In this document: positions 28,463-37,969 of the stretch, one piece after another
Layout of the letters: every line of letters starts with the position of its first letter
Position numbering within the stretch: the stretch's first letter is position 1
Assembly: GCA_964551965.1 (NCBI GenBank)
Contig: CAZKFB010000001.1
Coordinates: 7,227 to 71,226, forward strand
Reading direction: 5' to 3'
DNA from: an uncultured Muribaculaceae bacterium
GTDB taxonomy: Bacteria > Bacillota_I > Bacilli_A > RF39 > UBA660
DNA length: 64,000 bases
The notes under the pieces: generated by a model
Seen by the model: only the letters and a program-made list of their open reading frames with translations
What the model was told of the DNA's origin: nothing
Database searches by the model: none
Position numbers and translations under genes: made by a program

Positions 28463-29086
28463 ATGGCATATATATTAAGAAAAATAATTAATAGTCCATT
28501 AAAGGATATAACTAGTTCTAAGATTAATTCTGATTTTGGACCACGAACTTTTTATAATAAGATAACTAAAAGATATGAAACAGGACACCATAATGGTATT
28601 GATATTACAGGAAGCAATGTTGTCGTTTCTGCTTTTGATGGTATTGTTACTAGTACAAGAAATAATGTTGATGGTTATACGGAAAAGTATAAGAGTGGTA
28701 ATTACGTAACTATAAATCACGGTAATAATCTATATTCAACCTATTGCCATCTAAAAAAGAATTCTATTTGTGTAAAAAAAGGACAATATGTAGTAGCTGG
28801 TACTAAACTAGGTATAATGGGCAAGACTGGTCATGCAACCGGAATACACTTACATTTTGGTATTAAAAAGGATGGCAAATTTGTTGATCCTAAACCATAT
28901 CTTTTAAACAATGTTGCAAATATTAAAAATAATATTGAAGTTATCTATATTGTAAAAAAGGGAGATAATTTATCAAAGATAGCTAAGAAATATCATACTA
29001 CTTGGAAGAGAATATATGAAAAGAATAAGGAATTAATAGGAGACAATCCTAATTTAATATATCCGGGATGGGAATTAAAGATTTAA
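28463..29086 (+). CDS. M23 family peptidoglycan endopeptidase with C-terminal LysM domain
   Basis: M23 metal-binding motifs HHNGIDI ... GNYVTINHGNNLYSTYCHL ... GKTGHATGIHLHFG. The C-terminal LysM is YIVKKGDNLSKIAKKYHTTWKRIYEKNKELIGDNPNLIYPGWELKI. Start taken at 28463 (GGAAGTGAG RBS) rather than the track's 28445. No signal peptide. Confidence 0.8.
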   Translation: MAYILRKIINSPLKDITSSKINSDFGPRTFYNKITKRYETGHHNGIDITGSNVVVSAFDGIVTSTRNNVDGYTEKYKSGNYVTINHGNNLYSTYCHLKKNSICVKKGQYVVAGTKLGIMGKTGHATGIHLHFGIKKDGKFVDPKPYLLNNVANIKNNIEVIYIVKKGDNLSKIAKKYHTTWKRIYEKNKELIGDNPNLIYPGWELKI

Positions 29087-29457
29087 TTAATATTAATGTG
29101 ATAAGTAGTACGTTTATTTTTTTAATAGGTGGCTTTGATAATTTATTTATAACTTTATTAATATTCATTGCTCTTGATTATATAACAGGTGTAATTAAAG
29201 CAATTTATCAAAAAAAGTTAAATAGCAAATTAGGATTAAAAGGATTTTTAAAAAAATTAGGTTATATATTAATAGTAATAATAGGAAGTTTATTTGATTC
29301 ACTTATAGGAGATAAAACAATGGCAATAAGAACATTATGTATATATTTCTTTATTTCTAATGAAGCCATTTCAATACTTGAAAATTGGGCGTTTATGGGT
29401 CTTCCACTTCCCAAGAAAATATTTCAAGTATTTGAATCTTTAAAAGAAGATAAATAA
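29068..29457 (+). CDS. Holin of the TcdE/UtxA family (toxin-secretion / phage-lysis holin)
   Basis: Three-TM small protein. LDYITGVIKAIYQKKLNSKLGLKGFLKKLGYILIVIIG and the C-terminal ILENWAFMGLPLPKKIF align by eye with my recollection of the C. difficile TcdE sequence. The start overlaps the hydrolase gene end by 19 nt. Confidence 0.75.
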   Translation: MGIKDLININVISSTFIFLIGGFDNLFITLLIFIALDYITGVIKAIYQKKLNSKLGLKGFLKKLGYILIVIIGSLFDSLIGDKTMAIRTLCIYFFISNEAISILENWAFMGLPLPKKIFQVFESLKEDK

Positions 29458-29462
29458 AATTA

Positions 29463-29491
29463 TTGACTATATAAGGGAAAAAGGGTAATAT
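29463..29491 (+). promoter_or_regulatory. Candidate sigma-A promoter for the regulator gene
   Basis: TTGACT, 17-nt spacer, TAATAT. Sits ~30 nt before the AAGAGGTGA RBS of the 29521 gene. Confidence 0.45.
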
Positions 29492-29520
29492 ATACAATCA
29501 AGTGATTAAGAGGTGATTAT

Positions 29521-30036
29521 ATGATTAATACAATCTCGATTAAAGACTTTGTTGAATTACCAGATATTATGTTAGACAAAGCAAGAAAAGTTAAATATAT
29601 TCAACTATTAAGTGAAAATACAGTTAATGAATATTATTATTCTAATCTAAGAAAAGATATAGAAAAAGTTTTTAATAAATTTAAAGATTCTAAATATTTA
29701 ATATGCTATGATAATAACTATAGTTTAAAATCTAATGCCAGTTCACTAGAATTAAATAGGAACACTAATAAAATCAATGATAAGGTTGGAACATATATAG
29801 AAAGTAAAATGGATTTAAGTATATGGTCTAAGGATTTATATAATATTTTATATGCCTTATCAGAAGAATTAACAATAGAAGAATCTATGTATTTAACACT
29901 TACATTCTTTGAGGAAAAGACTGAAGAAGATATAAGTGAAATATTGGATGTTTCTAAAAAAGGCCTATATAAAATAAAAAAGAGTTGTTTAGTAAAACTA
30001 AGATTAGAGTTTTCTAAATATGATTTGATGAATTAG
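29521..30036 (+). CDS. Putative transcription factor with sigma-70 region-4-like C-terminal HTH (TcdR/UviA-type small sigma or ArpU-family phage late regulator)
   Basis: C-terminal LTFFEEKTEEDISEILDVSKKGLYKIKKSCLVKLR matches the region 4.2 pattern (F....T..EI.EIL..S...V.K.R..AL.KL) shared by TcdR-like sigma factors and ArpU regulators. It is 171 aa, the size of both families. Confidence 0.5.
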   Translation: MINTISIKDFVELPDIMLDKARKVKYIQLLSENTVNEYYYSNLRKDIEKVFNKFKDSKYLICYDNNYSLKSNASSLELNRNTNKINDKVGTYIESKMDLSIWSKDLYNILYALSEELTIEESMYLTLTFFEEKTEEDISEILDVSKKGLYKIKKSCLVKLRLEFSKYDLMN

Positions 30037-30067
30037 AGAAGTGTGAGAAATCACACTTCTTTTTTTA
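30037..30067 (+). terminator. Strong intrinsic terminator at the right edge of the toxin island
   Basis: 10-bp perfect stem AGAAGTGTGA / TCACACTTCT with a GAAA loop and a 7-T run. Confidence 0.85.
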
Positions 30068-30125
30068 TTTGTATTGACATGAATAATATATCTTGTTGTA
30101 TTATTAACATGGAAGGTGATATTTA

Positions 30126-30452
30126 ATGGAAAAACAAACTGCAGGAAGAGATAACTTAGGAAGTCTTGCTCCTAAATTTGCTGAACTTAATGATGATGTA
30201 TTATTTGGGGAAATTTGGAGTAGAGAAGATAAATTATCCTTGAGAGATAGAAGTATGATTACAATATCAGCTTTAATGGCTCAAGGATTGTACCCTCAAG
30301 TAAAATCTCATTTAGTATTAGGTAAGAAACATGGTTTAACAAAAGAAGAAGTAGTAGAGATGGTAACCCAACTAGCTTTCTATACAGGATGGGCTAAAGC
30401 TTGGAGTGTATTTCCTTTAGTAGAAGAAATTTATAAAGATGAAGAAGATTGA
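30126..30452 (+). CDS. Carboxymuconolactone decarboxylase (CMD/AhpD-like) family protein
   Basis: 108 aa with the CMD-family pattern (...LRDRSMITISALMAQG...HLVLGKKHGLTKEEVVEMVTQLAFYTGWAKAWSVF). Local GC is clearly higher than the flanks. Confidence 0.75.
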   Translation: MEKQTAGRDNLGSLAPKFAELNDDVLFGEIWSREDKLSLRDRSMITISALMAQGLYPQVKSHLVLGKKHGLTKEEVVEMVTQLAFYTGWAKAWSVFPLVEEIYKDEED

Positions 30453-30724
30453 ATAAGAAGGCGTATGATGGCTTGAAGTTCCAAAATGGAACTTCAACAT
30501 TAAGTAATCATAGTGGAGAAAGAAAATGCCATTTGTATTCACAGAGCATGGAGTAGCAAAGCTCGCAATAATAGAAGAAAGTAAAATTATTTGGTCCCAA
30601 GTTGGGACCGAAAAAATAAAATCTTTAGGAAAATATTTTTATAAGATTAATACAATAGATTAATGAAAAATTTAAAAAAGTATGCTATATTTATAATGTA
30701 AAATATAGGAGGTTTTTTGGTGGT

Positions 30725-31624
30725 ATGAGAATAATACATTTTTTCAATTGGCGACTTGATGATATCGTACCAAATTTAGATGAAGTTAAGAAACAAGGAT
30801 TTGATGCTGTACAGTTAAATCCAATACAACCATTAAAAGAAGATGGTTTAAAAGAATGGTGGATGTCTTATCAGCCAATTGCATTAGATATTGGAAATTA
30901 TTTTGGAAGTAAGGAAGAACTTGAGTACTTATGTCATGTTTGTCATGAATTGGGACTTCTTCCTATTCAAGATGTCGTAATCAATCATACGGGTTCTTCT
31001 ATCAGTGATAACTTTGCTCCACACGAGAAAGTTAATGAAAGATTAAGAGATAATCCTGATTATTGGCGACCAAAAAAGACTGTAACGGACTGGAATAATC
31101 GTGATGAAGTTATTCACAATTGTATTAACTTGCCTGGTTTAAATGTCTACAATCCGGATGTTGAAGATATGATTGTTGAATTCCTAAATAAACTATTAGA
31201 TTGTGGTATTGAAGGATTTAGATTTGATGCTGCTAAGTCAATTGGTCTACCTAGTGAAGGTTATAGATTTTGGCCCAATATAATTTATCGTTTAAAAAAA
31301 TATGGTTTATTCCTATACGGAGAAGTAATATTTGAAGAGAATAAAGCTATATTAGATGAGTATGCCCAGTATATGCATGTCTTAGGTAACTATGATGGAA
31401 GTGATCCAAATAGTATGGTTAAATTCGTTGAAAGTCATGATAGCTATCTAAGTGATGATAGATTAGGCTATACTCGTAATATGAATGATGAAGACATCAT
31501 TAGAGCTTATTCTTCTCTAACTGGTTATTATGACAATACATTATTTTATGTTAGGCCATGGAATGATACTTGGAAGAGAAGAGAAATAAAAGAAGCTAAT
31601 TATAAGAAAAGAATATTAAGATAA
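30725..31624 (+). CDS. GH13 alpha-amylase catalytic domain protein, apparently lacking the C-terminal domain (truncated)
   Basis: All four GH13 conserved regions are present: DVVINH (I), GFRFDAAKS (II), GEVIFE (III) and FVESHD (IV). The N-terminus follows the amylase pattern (IIHFFNW...QGFDAVQLNPIQP). The protein ends ~30 aa after region IV and has no signal peptide. Confidence 0.7.
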   Translation: MRIIHFFNWRLDDIVPNLDEVKKQGFDAVQLNPIQPLKEDGLKEWWMSYQPIALDIGNYFGSKEELEYLCHVCHELGLLPIQDVVINHTGSSISDNFAPHEKVNERLRDNPDYWRPKKTVTDWNNRDEVIHNCINLPGLNVYNPDVEDMIVEFLNKLLDCGIEGFRFDAAKSIGLPSEGYRFWPNIIYRLKKYGLFLYGEVIFEENKAILDEYAQYMHVLGNYDGSDPNSMVKFVESHDSYLSDDRLGYTRNMNDEDIIRAYSSLTGYYDNTLFYVRPWNDTWKRREIKEANYKKRILR

Positions 31625-31628
31625 GAAG

Positions 31629-31651
31629 AAAGACAATTATTTGTCTTTTTT
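31629..31651 (+). terminator. Intrinsic terminator
   Basis: AAAGACAA-ttat-TTGTCTTT hairpin followed by a T-run. Confidence 0.7.
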
Positions 31652-31902
31652 ACTTGGTAATAAATAACTGAAATAATCTGTTTTACCGGATATAATACCA
31701 ACACTTATATATAATCATATTAAGTGCTTTTTCTAATTCTTTAATTTGCATTCTATATTTTTTTACATTCTATACTCTTAATACTTCAATTGTCTTATCA
31801 TTGGACTATTATATTGGATAAATCATATTTATGAATTATTCTTTTTTTGATATAATTATGAAAAAAAAGTGAGTAAGAGGAGATTGTTACTAATGGAAAT
31901 AG

Positions 31903-32290
31903 TCAAAGCAACAATGGATGATATATCGATAATAGTTGATATGAAAATTAAAATGTCAGAAGAACTTGGAATAAGCCATATATTTCAAGATAATATATAA
32001 GAAAAGATAAGAGAAGAATATACCTATTTATATAAAAAAGATAAATGTTTCCACTATATGGTAAAAGAAAATAATAGAATTGTTGCAATAGGCGGAGCAG
32101 TCATAAAGTCTGATGTGCCTTTCTGTTTCTTTAAAACACCATATTATGGTTATATTATTGATAATTAGCGTTATTAAAAGAAAAGGGTATAAAACAAGTT
32201 AAACTAAAGCCTTCTAATCAAGGAAAAGATTTATATATAAAAATGGGATTTTCTAATTCTGAAGAAATGGAAATGACATTAGAAAACTCT
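31903..32290 (+). pseudogene. GNAT-family N-acetyltransferase pseudogene (in-frame stop plus frameshift)
   Basis: Pieces MEIVKATMDDISIIVDMKIKMSEELGISHIFQDNI* / EKIREEYTYLYKKDKCFHYMVKENNRIVAIGGAVIKSDVPF... / ...LLKEKGIKQVKLKPSNQGKDLYIKMGF together reconstruct a GNAT fold (motif A region AIGGAV) spread over three frames. Confidence 0.6.
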
Positions 32291-32461
32291 TAATATAGTA
32301 TAATAAGAAATACTGAATGATTTAAAATGATAAATACTGGATTTACTTGAATCAATGGAAGTGGTAAATCAACAACTATTTTATGGAGAGGTGATAAAAT
32401 GAGAATTTTAGTTTATACAAGTTAGGCATAAACTTTGATTATGCCAATAAGGAGGCATAAT

Positions 32462-34000
32462 ATGTTAGAAATAAAAAATGTTAGTATATCTATTAATGAT
32501 AGATATATAATTAAAAATTTAAATTTAGTATTAAATAGTGGCGATAAGCTCGCTATTATAGGAGAAGAGGGGAATGGCAAATCTACTTTATTAAAATCTA
32601 TCTTAGGTATATGTGAATACGCAGAAATAAGTGGTAGTATTAATTTTAATGGAAGTAAGATTGGTTATTTAGAACAATCGATAAGTGAGGATAGTTTAGA
32701 TAAGAAAGTATATGATTTTCTCTTTGTTAATGAAGATGATTATTATGATAAAATAAATAACTATTATAAGTATTTAGATTTGTTTAATCTGAGTGAAAAT
32801 ATCTTAACACAAAAAGTTAGTACATTATCGGGCGGAGAAAAAGTAAAAATAAGTATTTTAAGATTATTATTAAATGAATATGATATTTTATTTTTAGATG
32901 AACCAACTAATGATTTAGATATTGAAACATTAGAGTGGTTAGAAGAATTTATTAACAATACAAATAAACCAATCATGTATGTTTCTCATGATGAAACACT
33001 TTTAACTAATACAGCAAATATAATATTGCATTTAGAACAAATTAATAAGAAAACCGATTGTCGACATACTTTATTAAGAATAGACTATGAGACATATGTT
33101 AATCAAAGACTTAGAAAGATAGAAAAACAAACACAAATTGCAAAATCGGAAAAAAGGGAGTTTAATAGACAACAAGAAAGATTGCAAAAAGTAATCCAAA
33201 AAGTTGAATATCAACAGAATAGTATTTCAAGATCGGATCCTCACGGAGCTAGACTATTAAAGAAAAAGATGCATTCTCTAAAATCGCAAGAAAAGAAATT
33301 AGATAATGTTGAATTAACAGAAATTCCCGATGTTGAAGAAAGTATTAATTTCTTTTTTGAAAGTGTTGATATTCCCAAAACAAAAAATATAATTAGTCTA
33401 AATATTAAAGAATTAAAAGTAGCAGATAAAATTTTATCTAAGGACATCGAATTAGATATCGTTGGTAATATTCATCTATGCATTATTGGTAATAACGGTA
33501 TTGGTAAATCTACATTAATTAAGATTATTTATAATGAATTAAGAACAAGAAAAGATATTAAAGTTGGTTATATGCCACAAACATACGATGATATTCTAAA
33601 TAATTATAAGTATGTATTAGATTATATATGTCCGAAAGGTAGTCAAGAAGATATTACAAAAGCTCGCATGTATTTAGGAAATATGAAATTTACTAGAGAA
33701 GAAATGACTAGTGAAATCAAGAATTTAAGTAATGGTACAAAAGCCAAATTATTTCTTATTAAATTGGTTCTTGATAAGTGTGATGTTTTAATTCTTGATG
33801 AACCTACAAGAAATGTTAGCCCATTATCAAATCCAGTTATTAGAAAAGTATTAAGTGAGTATCAAGGGACAATAATAAGTGTATCTCATGATAGAAAATA
33901 TATCCGTGAAGTTATAAATGAATTATATATATTAAAATATAATGGATTGGTGAAAATAGATAATAATTATTTTGCAAATCATAAAGGATCATGTGAATAA
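32462..34000 (+). CDS. ABC-F family ATPase (two tandem ABC domains, no TMD)
   Basis: Two Walker A motifs (GEEGNGKST; GNNGIGKST), two LSGGE/LSNG signature motifs and two Walker B/D-loops (ILFLDEPTNDLD; VLILDEPTRN), with a charged linker between. Start taken at 32462 behind an AGGAGG RBS. Confidence 0.8.
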   Translation: MLEIKNVSISINDRYIIKNLNLVLNSGDKLAIIGEEGNGKSTLLKSILGICEYAEISGSINFNGSKIGYLEQSISEDSLDKKVYDFLFVNEDDYYDKINNYYKYLDLFNLSENILTQKVSTLSGGEKVKISILRLLLNEYDILFLDEPTNDLDIETLEWLEEFINNTNKPIMYVSHDETLLTNTANIILHLEQINKKTDCRHTLLRIDYETYVNQRLRKIEKQTQIAKSEKREFNRQQERLQKVIQKVEYQQNSISRSDPHGARLLKKKMHSLKSQEKKLDNVELTEIPDVEESINFFFESVDIPKTKNIISLNIKELKVADKILSKDIELDIVGNIHLCIIGNNGIGKSTLIKIIYNELRTRKDIKVGYMPQTYDDILNNYKYVLDYICPKGSQEDITKARMYLGNMKFTREEMTSEIKNLSNGTKAKLFLIKLVLDKCDVLILDEPTRNVSPLSNPVIRKVLSEYQGTIISVSHDRKYIREVINELYILKYNGLVKIDNNYFANHKGSCE

Positions 34001-34096
34001 TTATGGTTTAAAAAGTGGACTTTTAGCCTTTTTTATATTATAATCTATATATAAGATAAATTTGAGAAAAGAATAGTAAAACATGGAGAAATTTTT

Positions 34097-34540
34097 ATGA
34101 AAGAAACTTTAATAAAGGTGTTTTCAGTAATTGTAGTTATACTACTTATAATTGTAGTTTATCTTTTACTTAATAATAAAAGTGGTGAATATCACTTTAT
34201 TGGAGAAATAAGAGATGAAGAAACTAATATTTCTGTAGATGTATTTATAATGCAAAATAATAATGGTAATTTGCTTACATATAGCACGGACATTTATTCT
34301 TCTAAAGAAAAAATTGTTTCAGCGAGACTTTGTTATGACAAAGATGGAGAAAAGACTGTGGCATTAGGCAATGGTTTGAATTCTTATAATTATTCAAAGG
34401 AAGGTCAAGATAAAAAAGAATATGGCTATGATTATATTGACGATCTGCTAAAATATCCATTATATTTTGAACTATGTAAGGATTCTTCTTGTAATGAAGT
34501 ATACAAAACAATAGAATTAAGCAACAAGAAATTAAATTAG
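34097..34540 (+). CDS. Hypothetical membrane-anchored protein (147 aa)
   Basis: N-terminal TM VFSVIVVILLIIVVYLLL. No recognised domain. Confidence 0.4.
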   Translation: MKETLIKVFSVIVVILLIIVVYLLLNNKSGEYHFIGEIRDEETNISVDVFIMQNNNGNLLTYSTDIYSSKEKIVSARLCYDKDGEKTVALGNGLNSYNYSKEGQDKKEYGYDYIDDLLKYPLYFELCKDSSCNEVYKTIELSNKKLN

Positions 34541-34577
34541 AATTAAATAAATAGTTACATATTTAAGGAGGAAGAAA

Positions 34578-35315
34578 ATGTTAAAAGGAAAAGTAGCTCT
34601 AGTAACGGGCGGAACAAGAGGAATAGGATTAGAAACAGTAAGAGTATTTAAGGAAAATAATGCTGAAGTTATTTTACTTGGATCTCGAGAAGAAACAGTT
34701 GAAAAAGCAATTAATGAATTAAAGAGTGAAGGATATGAAGTAGGTGGTTACTATCCTGATTTAAATAATTATGAAGAAGTAGAAAATACAATAAAAGAGA
34801 TTGTTAATAAATATGGCCATTTAGATATTGTTGTTAACAATGCAGGTATTTCTGCCAATAAGAAAATTGAAGATACTACTAGTGAGGATTTTTCAAAGAT
34901 CATGGACTTAAATGTAAAAGCCATATTTAATATGATAAAGGCTGTAGTTCCTTATATGAAAGAGAATAATGGAGGAGTTATCTTAAATACAAGTTCAATG
35001 GTTAGTATTTATGGACAACCTTCGGGCGTTGGCTATCCAGCAAGTAAGTTTGCCGTAAATGGTCTAACTAAATCTCTAGCAAGAGAACTTGCACCATTTA
35101 ATATAAGAGTTAATGCTGTAGCTCCCGGAGTAACAAAAACTGATATGGTAGCATCATTACCTGAAGAACAAATTGCGCCATTAATTAAAACTATACCTTT
35201 AGGTAGAATAGGAGAACCTAGAGATATTGCTAATGCATTCTTATTCTTAGCTAGCGATATGGCAAGTTATGTTACTGGCGAAATACTATCAGTAGATGGA
35301 GCAGCAAGAAGCTAA
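34578..35315 (+). CDS. Short-chain dehydrogenase/reductase, FabG-like 3-oxoacyl-ACP reductase
   Basis: TGGTRGIG Rossmann motif, NNAG, catalytic S...YxxxK (YPASK) and the PG..T.D motif. RBS AGGAGG upstream. Confidence 0.85.
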   Translation: MLKGKVALVTGGTRGIGLETVRVFKENNAEVILLGSREETVEKAINELKSEGYEVGGYYPDLNNYEEVENTIKEIVNKYGHLDIVVNNAGISANKKIEDTTSEDFSKIMDLNVKAIFNMIKAVVPYMKENNGGVILNTSSMVSIYGQPSGVGYPASKFAVNGLTKSLARELAPFNIRVNAVAPGVTKTDMVASLPEEQIAPLIKTIPLGRIGEPRDIANAFLFLASDMASYVTGEILSVDGAARS

Positions 35316-35522
35316 ATATATTATATTTGTTTAAATAGTATTAAAATGATAGAATTGAATTATAATTTTATCATTTTTTATTTTATATTTTCATGGGTTA
35401 GGGATATTATACTATGAAAACTTTTAAATATTATTTATCTAGACTAACAATTATATTAATAGTAAATAATAAAGGATTATTTAATCCTTTTTTATGTGGT
35501 ATACTATTACTAGGTGATTATT

Positions 35523-35861
35523 ATGACAATTGATAAAATCAAAGATCAAATTCTTTCAGCTGGTAAATATATGTCAGAGAATGTTAATTTAGCGACTAGT
35601 AAGGCTAATGTTAAAATAACTTTAAAATCAAAAAATGATGCATTAAATGCCATGTACGCTTCTTTAGGTCGTGAGTATTTTAATTCGCTTTCTAAGACTG
35701 AAAAAAAGAAACATGCTGATATAATTGATTTAGAATCAGAAATAGAAAAGTTAAATCGTGAATTAGAAGCAATCGATGAATCTAGAGTTTGTCAAAAGTG
35801 TGGTACAAAAGTAAGTAAGAATATAAACTATTGTCCAGAATGTGGTGGCAAAGTTAATTAG
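35523..35861 (+). CDS. Zinc-ribbon domain protein
   Basis: C-terminal CQKCGTKVSKNINYCPECGG zinc ribbon. Start taken at the ATG at 35523 (AGGTGA RBS), not the track's GTG at 35514. Confidence 0.5.
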   Translation: MTIDKIKDQILSAGKYMSENVNLATSKANVKITLKSKNDALNAMYASLGREYFNSLSKTEKKKHADIIDLESEIEKLNRELEAIDESRVCQKCGTKVSKNINYCPECGGKVN

Positions 35862-35885
35862 AAAGTAATCGTTACTTTCTTTTTG
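35860..35885 (+). terminator. Intrinsic terminator
   Basis: AGAAAGTAA-tcg-TTACTTTCT hairpin followed by a T-run. Confidence 0.7.
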
Positions 35886-35914
35886 TATAAAATAATAATG
35901 AATGGAGGAATAAT

Positions 35915-37867
35915 ATGTTTGATTTAGTATCTAAATATGAACCATCAGGAGATCAACCTAAAGCTATTGAAGAATTAGTTCAAAGTATAAAAGATGGAAA
36001 AAGAGATCAAGTTTTATTGGGTGCAACCGGAACTGGTAAGACATTTACAATTGCTAATGTTATTGCTAAAGTTAATAAGCCAACATTAGTACTTGCTCAT
36101 AATAAGACATTAGCCGGTCAATTATATTCGGAATTAAAAGAATTATTTCCCAATAATCATGTAGAATACTTTGTTTCTTACTATGATTATTATCAACCTG
36201 AAGCGTATGTTCCTCAAAGTGATACTTATATTGAAAAAGATGCATCTATTAATGATGAAATAGATGAACTTCGCCATGCTGCTACTTCAAGTTTACTTAC
36301 ATATCCTGATACAATCGTTGTATCGAGTGTATCTTGTATATATGGTATAGGAGATCCCGATGATTATGAAAATCATATGCTTATAATAACGGTTGGTGAC
36401 ACTATTTCAAGAAATGATATATTAAATAGATTAATTGAAATGAACTATGAGAGGAATCAAATAGATTTCCATCGTGGAACATTTAGGGTAAATGGTGATA
36501 TTATTGATATTGTGCCAATAGCTGAAAAGAAGAATGGAGTTCGTATCGAATTATTTGGTGATGAAGTAGATAGAATATCCGAATTTGATATATTGACAGG
36601 AACGATTCTAAATAATAAGAGAAGTACAACTTTATTTCCGGCAACTCACTTTGTAACAAATAAAGAGAAACTTGAAGAAGCATGTAATAGAATCGAAGCA
36701 GAGTTAAGAAGTAGATGTAAAGAATTGATTGATAATAATCGTTTATTAGAAGAACAAAGACTTCGAGAAAGATGTGAATATGATCTTGAAATGTTAAGAG
36801 AGACTGGATTTTGTCATGGTATTGAAAACTATTCTCGACATTTAGCTTTAAGAGATGAAGGAGAGACACCATCTACTTTAATTGATTTCTTTCCTAAAGA
36901 TTTTTTGCTTGTTGTTGATGAATCACACGTTACCTTACCACAAGTAAGAGGGATGTATAATGGAGATAGAATGCGTAAGACAACACTTGTTGAATATGGT
37001 TTCCGCCTTCCCTCAGCATTAGATAATAGACCACTTAAATTTGAAGAATTTAATGATAAAATTAATCAGGCAATTTATGTATCAGCAACTCCGGGAGATT
37101 ATGAACTTGAGCTTGTTAATCATAAATGTGTTGAACAAATCATTAGACCAACAGGTTTACTTGATCCAACTATTGAAGTTAAAGGTACTTTAGGCCAAAT
37201 AGATGATTTAATAAATGAAATAAGTATAAGAACCGAAAAGAATGAAAGGGTACTTATTACAACTTTAACTATTAGAATGGCGGAAGAATTAACAAGCTAT
37301 TTAAAAAATGTTGGAATTAAAGTTGCATATCTTCACAGTGAAGTAAAAACTCTCGAGAGATTAAAGATCATTAGAGAACTTCGAATGGGCAAATATGATT
37401 GTTTAGTTGGAATAAATCTTCTACGTGAAGGTATCGATTTACCGGAAGTATCATTGATTGCTATTATGGATGCTGACAAACAAGGATTCCTAAGAAGTGA
37501 TAGATCGCTTATTCAGATTATTGGTAGATGTGCTAGAAATGCATCGGGTCATGTCATCATGTATGCAGACTCCGTAAGTGAATCGATGGATATGGCAATT
37601 AAAGAAACAAAACGTCGTCGTGAGATTCAAGATAATTTTAATAAAGAACATGGTATCATACCAAAGACAATTGTTAAAGAAATTAAAGAAGTTATATCTA
37701 ATACGGAAGTAGAAGAAAAGAGTTTATCTAAGACTAAGATGTCTAAAAAAGATAAAGATATGATTATGGCTAATATTGAGAGTGAAATGAAATTAGCAGC
37801 TAAAAATTTAGATTTCGAAAGAGCAATGGAACTAAGAGATATTCTTTTTGAAATGAAAAGTGAATAA
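35915..37867 (+). CDS. uvrB: Excinuclease ABC subunit B
   Basis: 650 aa. Walker A GATGTGKT, the beta-hairpin region, helicase motifs ([17 protein letters not shown]) and the C-terminal UVR domain ([15 protein letters not shown]). Confidence 0.95.
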   Translation: MFDLVSKYEPSGDQPKAIEELVQSIKDGKRDQVLLGATGTGKTFTIANVIAKVNKPTLVLAHNKTLAGQLYSELKELFPNNHVEYFVSYYDYYQPEAYVPQSDTYIEKDASINDEIDELRHAATSSLLTYPDTIVVSSVSCIYGIGDPDDYENHMLIITVGDTISRNDILNRLIEMNYERNQIDFHRGTFRVNGDIIDIVPIAEKKNGVRIELFGDEVDRISEFDILTGTILNNKRSTTLFPATHFVTNKEKLEEACNRIEAELRSRCKELIDNNRLLEEQRLRERCEYDLEMLRETGFCHGIENYSRHLALRDEGETPSTLIDFFPKDFLLVVDESHVTLPQVRGMYNGDRMRKTTLVEYGFRLPSALDNRPLKFEEFNDKINQAIYVSATPGDYELELVNHKCVEQIIRPTGLLDPTIEVKGTLGQIDDLINEISIRTEKNERVLITTLTIRMAEELTSYLKNVGIKVAYLHSEVKTLERLKIIRELRMGKYDCLVGINLLREGIDLPEVSLIAIMDADKQGFLRSDRSLIQIIGRCARNASGHVIMYADSVSESMDMAIKETKRRREIQDNFNKEHGIIPKTIVKEIKEVISNTEVEEKSLSKTKMSKKDKDMIMANIESEMKLAAKNLDFERAMELRDILFEMKSE

Positions 37868-37895
37868 AGACCATTTAAAATTAAATGGTCTTTTT
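37867..37895 (+). terminator. Strong intrinsic terminator after uvrB
   Basis: 12-bp stem AAGACCATTTAA / TTAAATGGTCTT followed by a T-run. Confidence 0.85.
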
Positions 37896-37969
37896 AGGAA
37901 TATCTTGAAAAAATTGTAGATTTAATAAAACTATTATTATATAATGAGAGTGAAATATAGTGAGGTTAT

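Noticed and set aside
30590-30615. The 11-nt palindrome CCCAAGTTGGG occurs both here (TTGGTCCCAAGTTGGGACCGA) and at 44953 inside the candidate ncRNA region
   Set aside because: Only two copies with different flanks. Neither is followed by a T-run on the right strand. An 11-mer palindrome recurring once in 64 kb is unremarkable. Not treated as a REP element or binding site.
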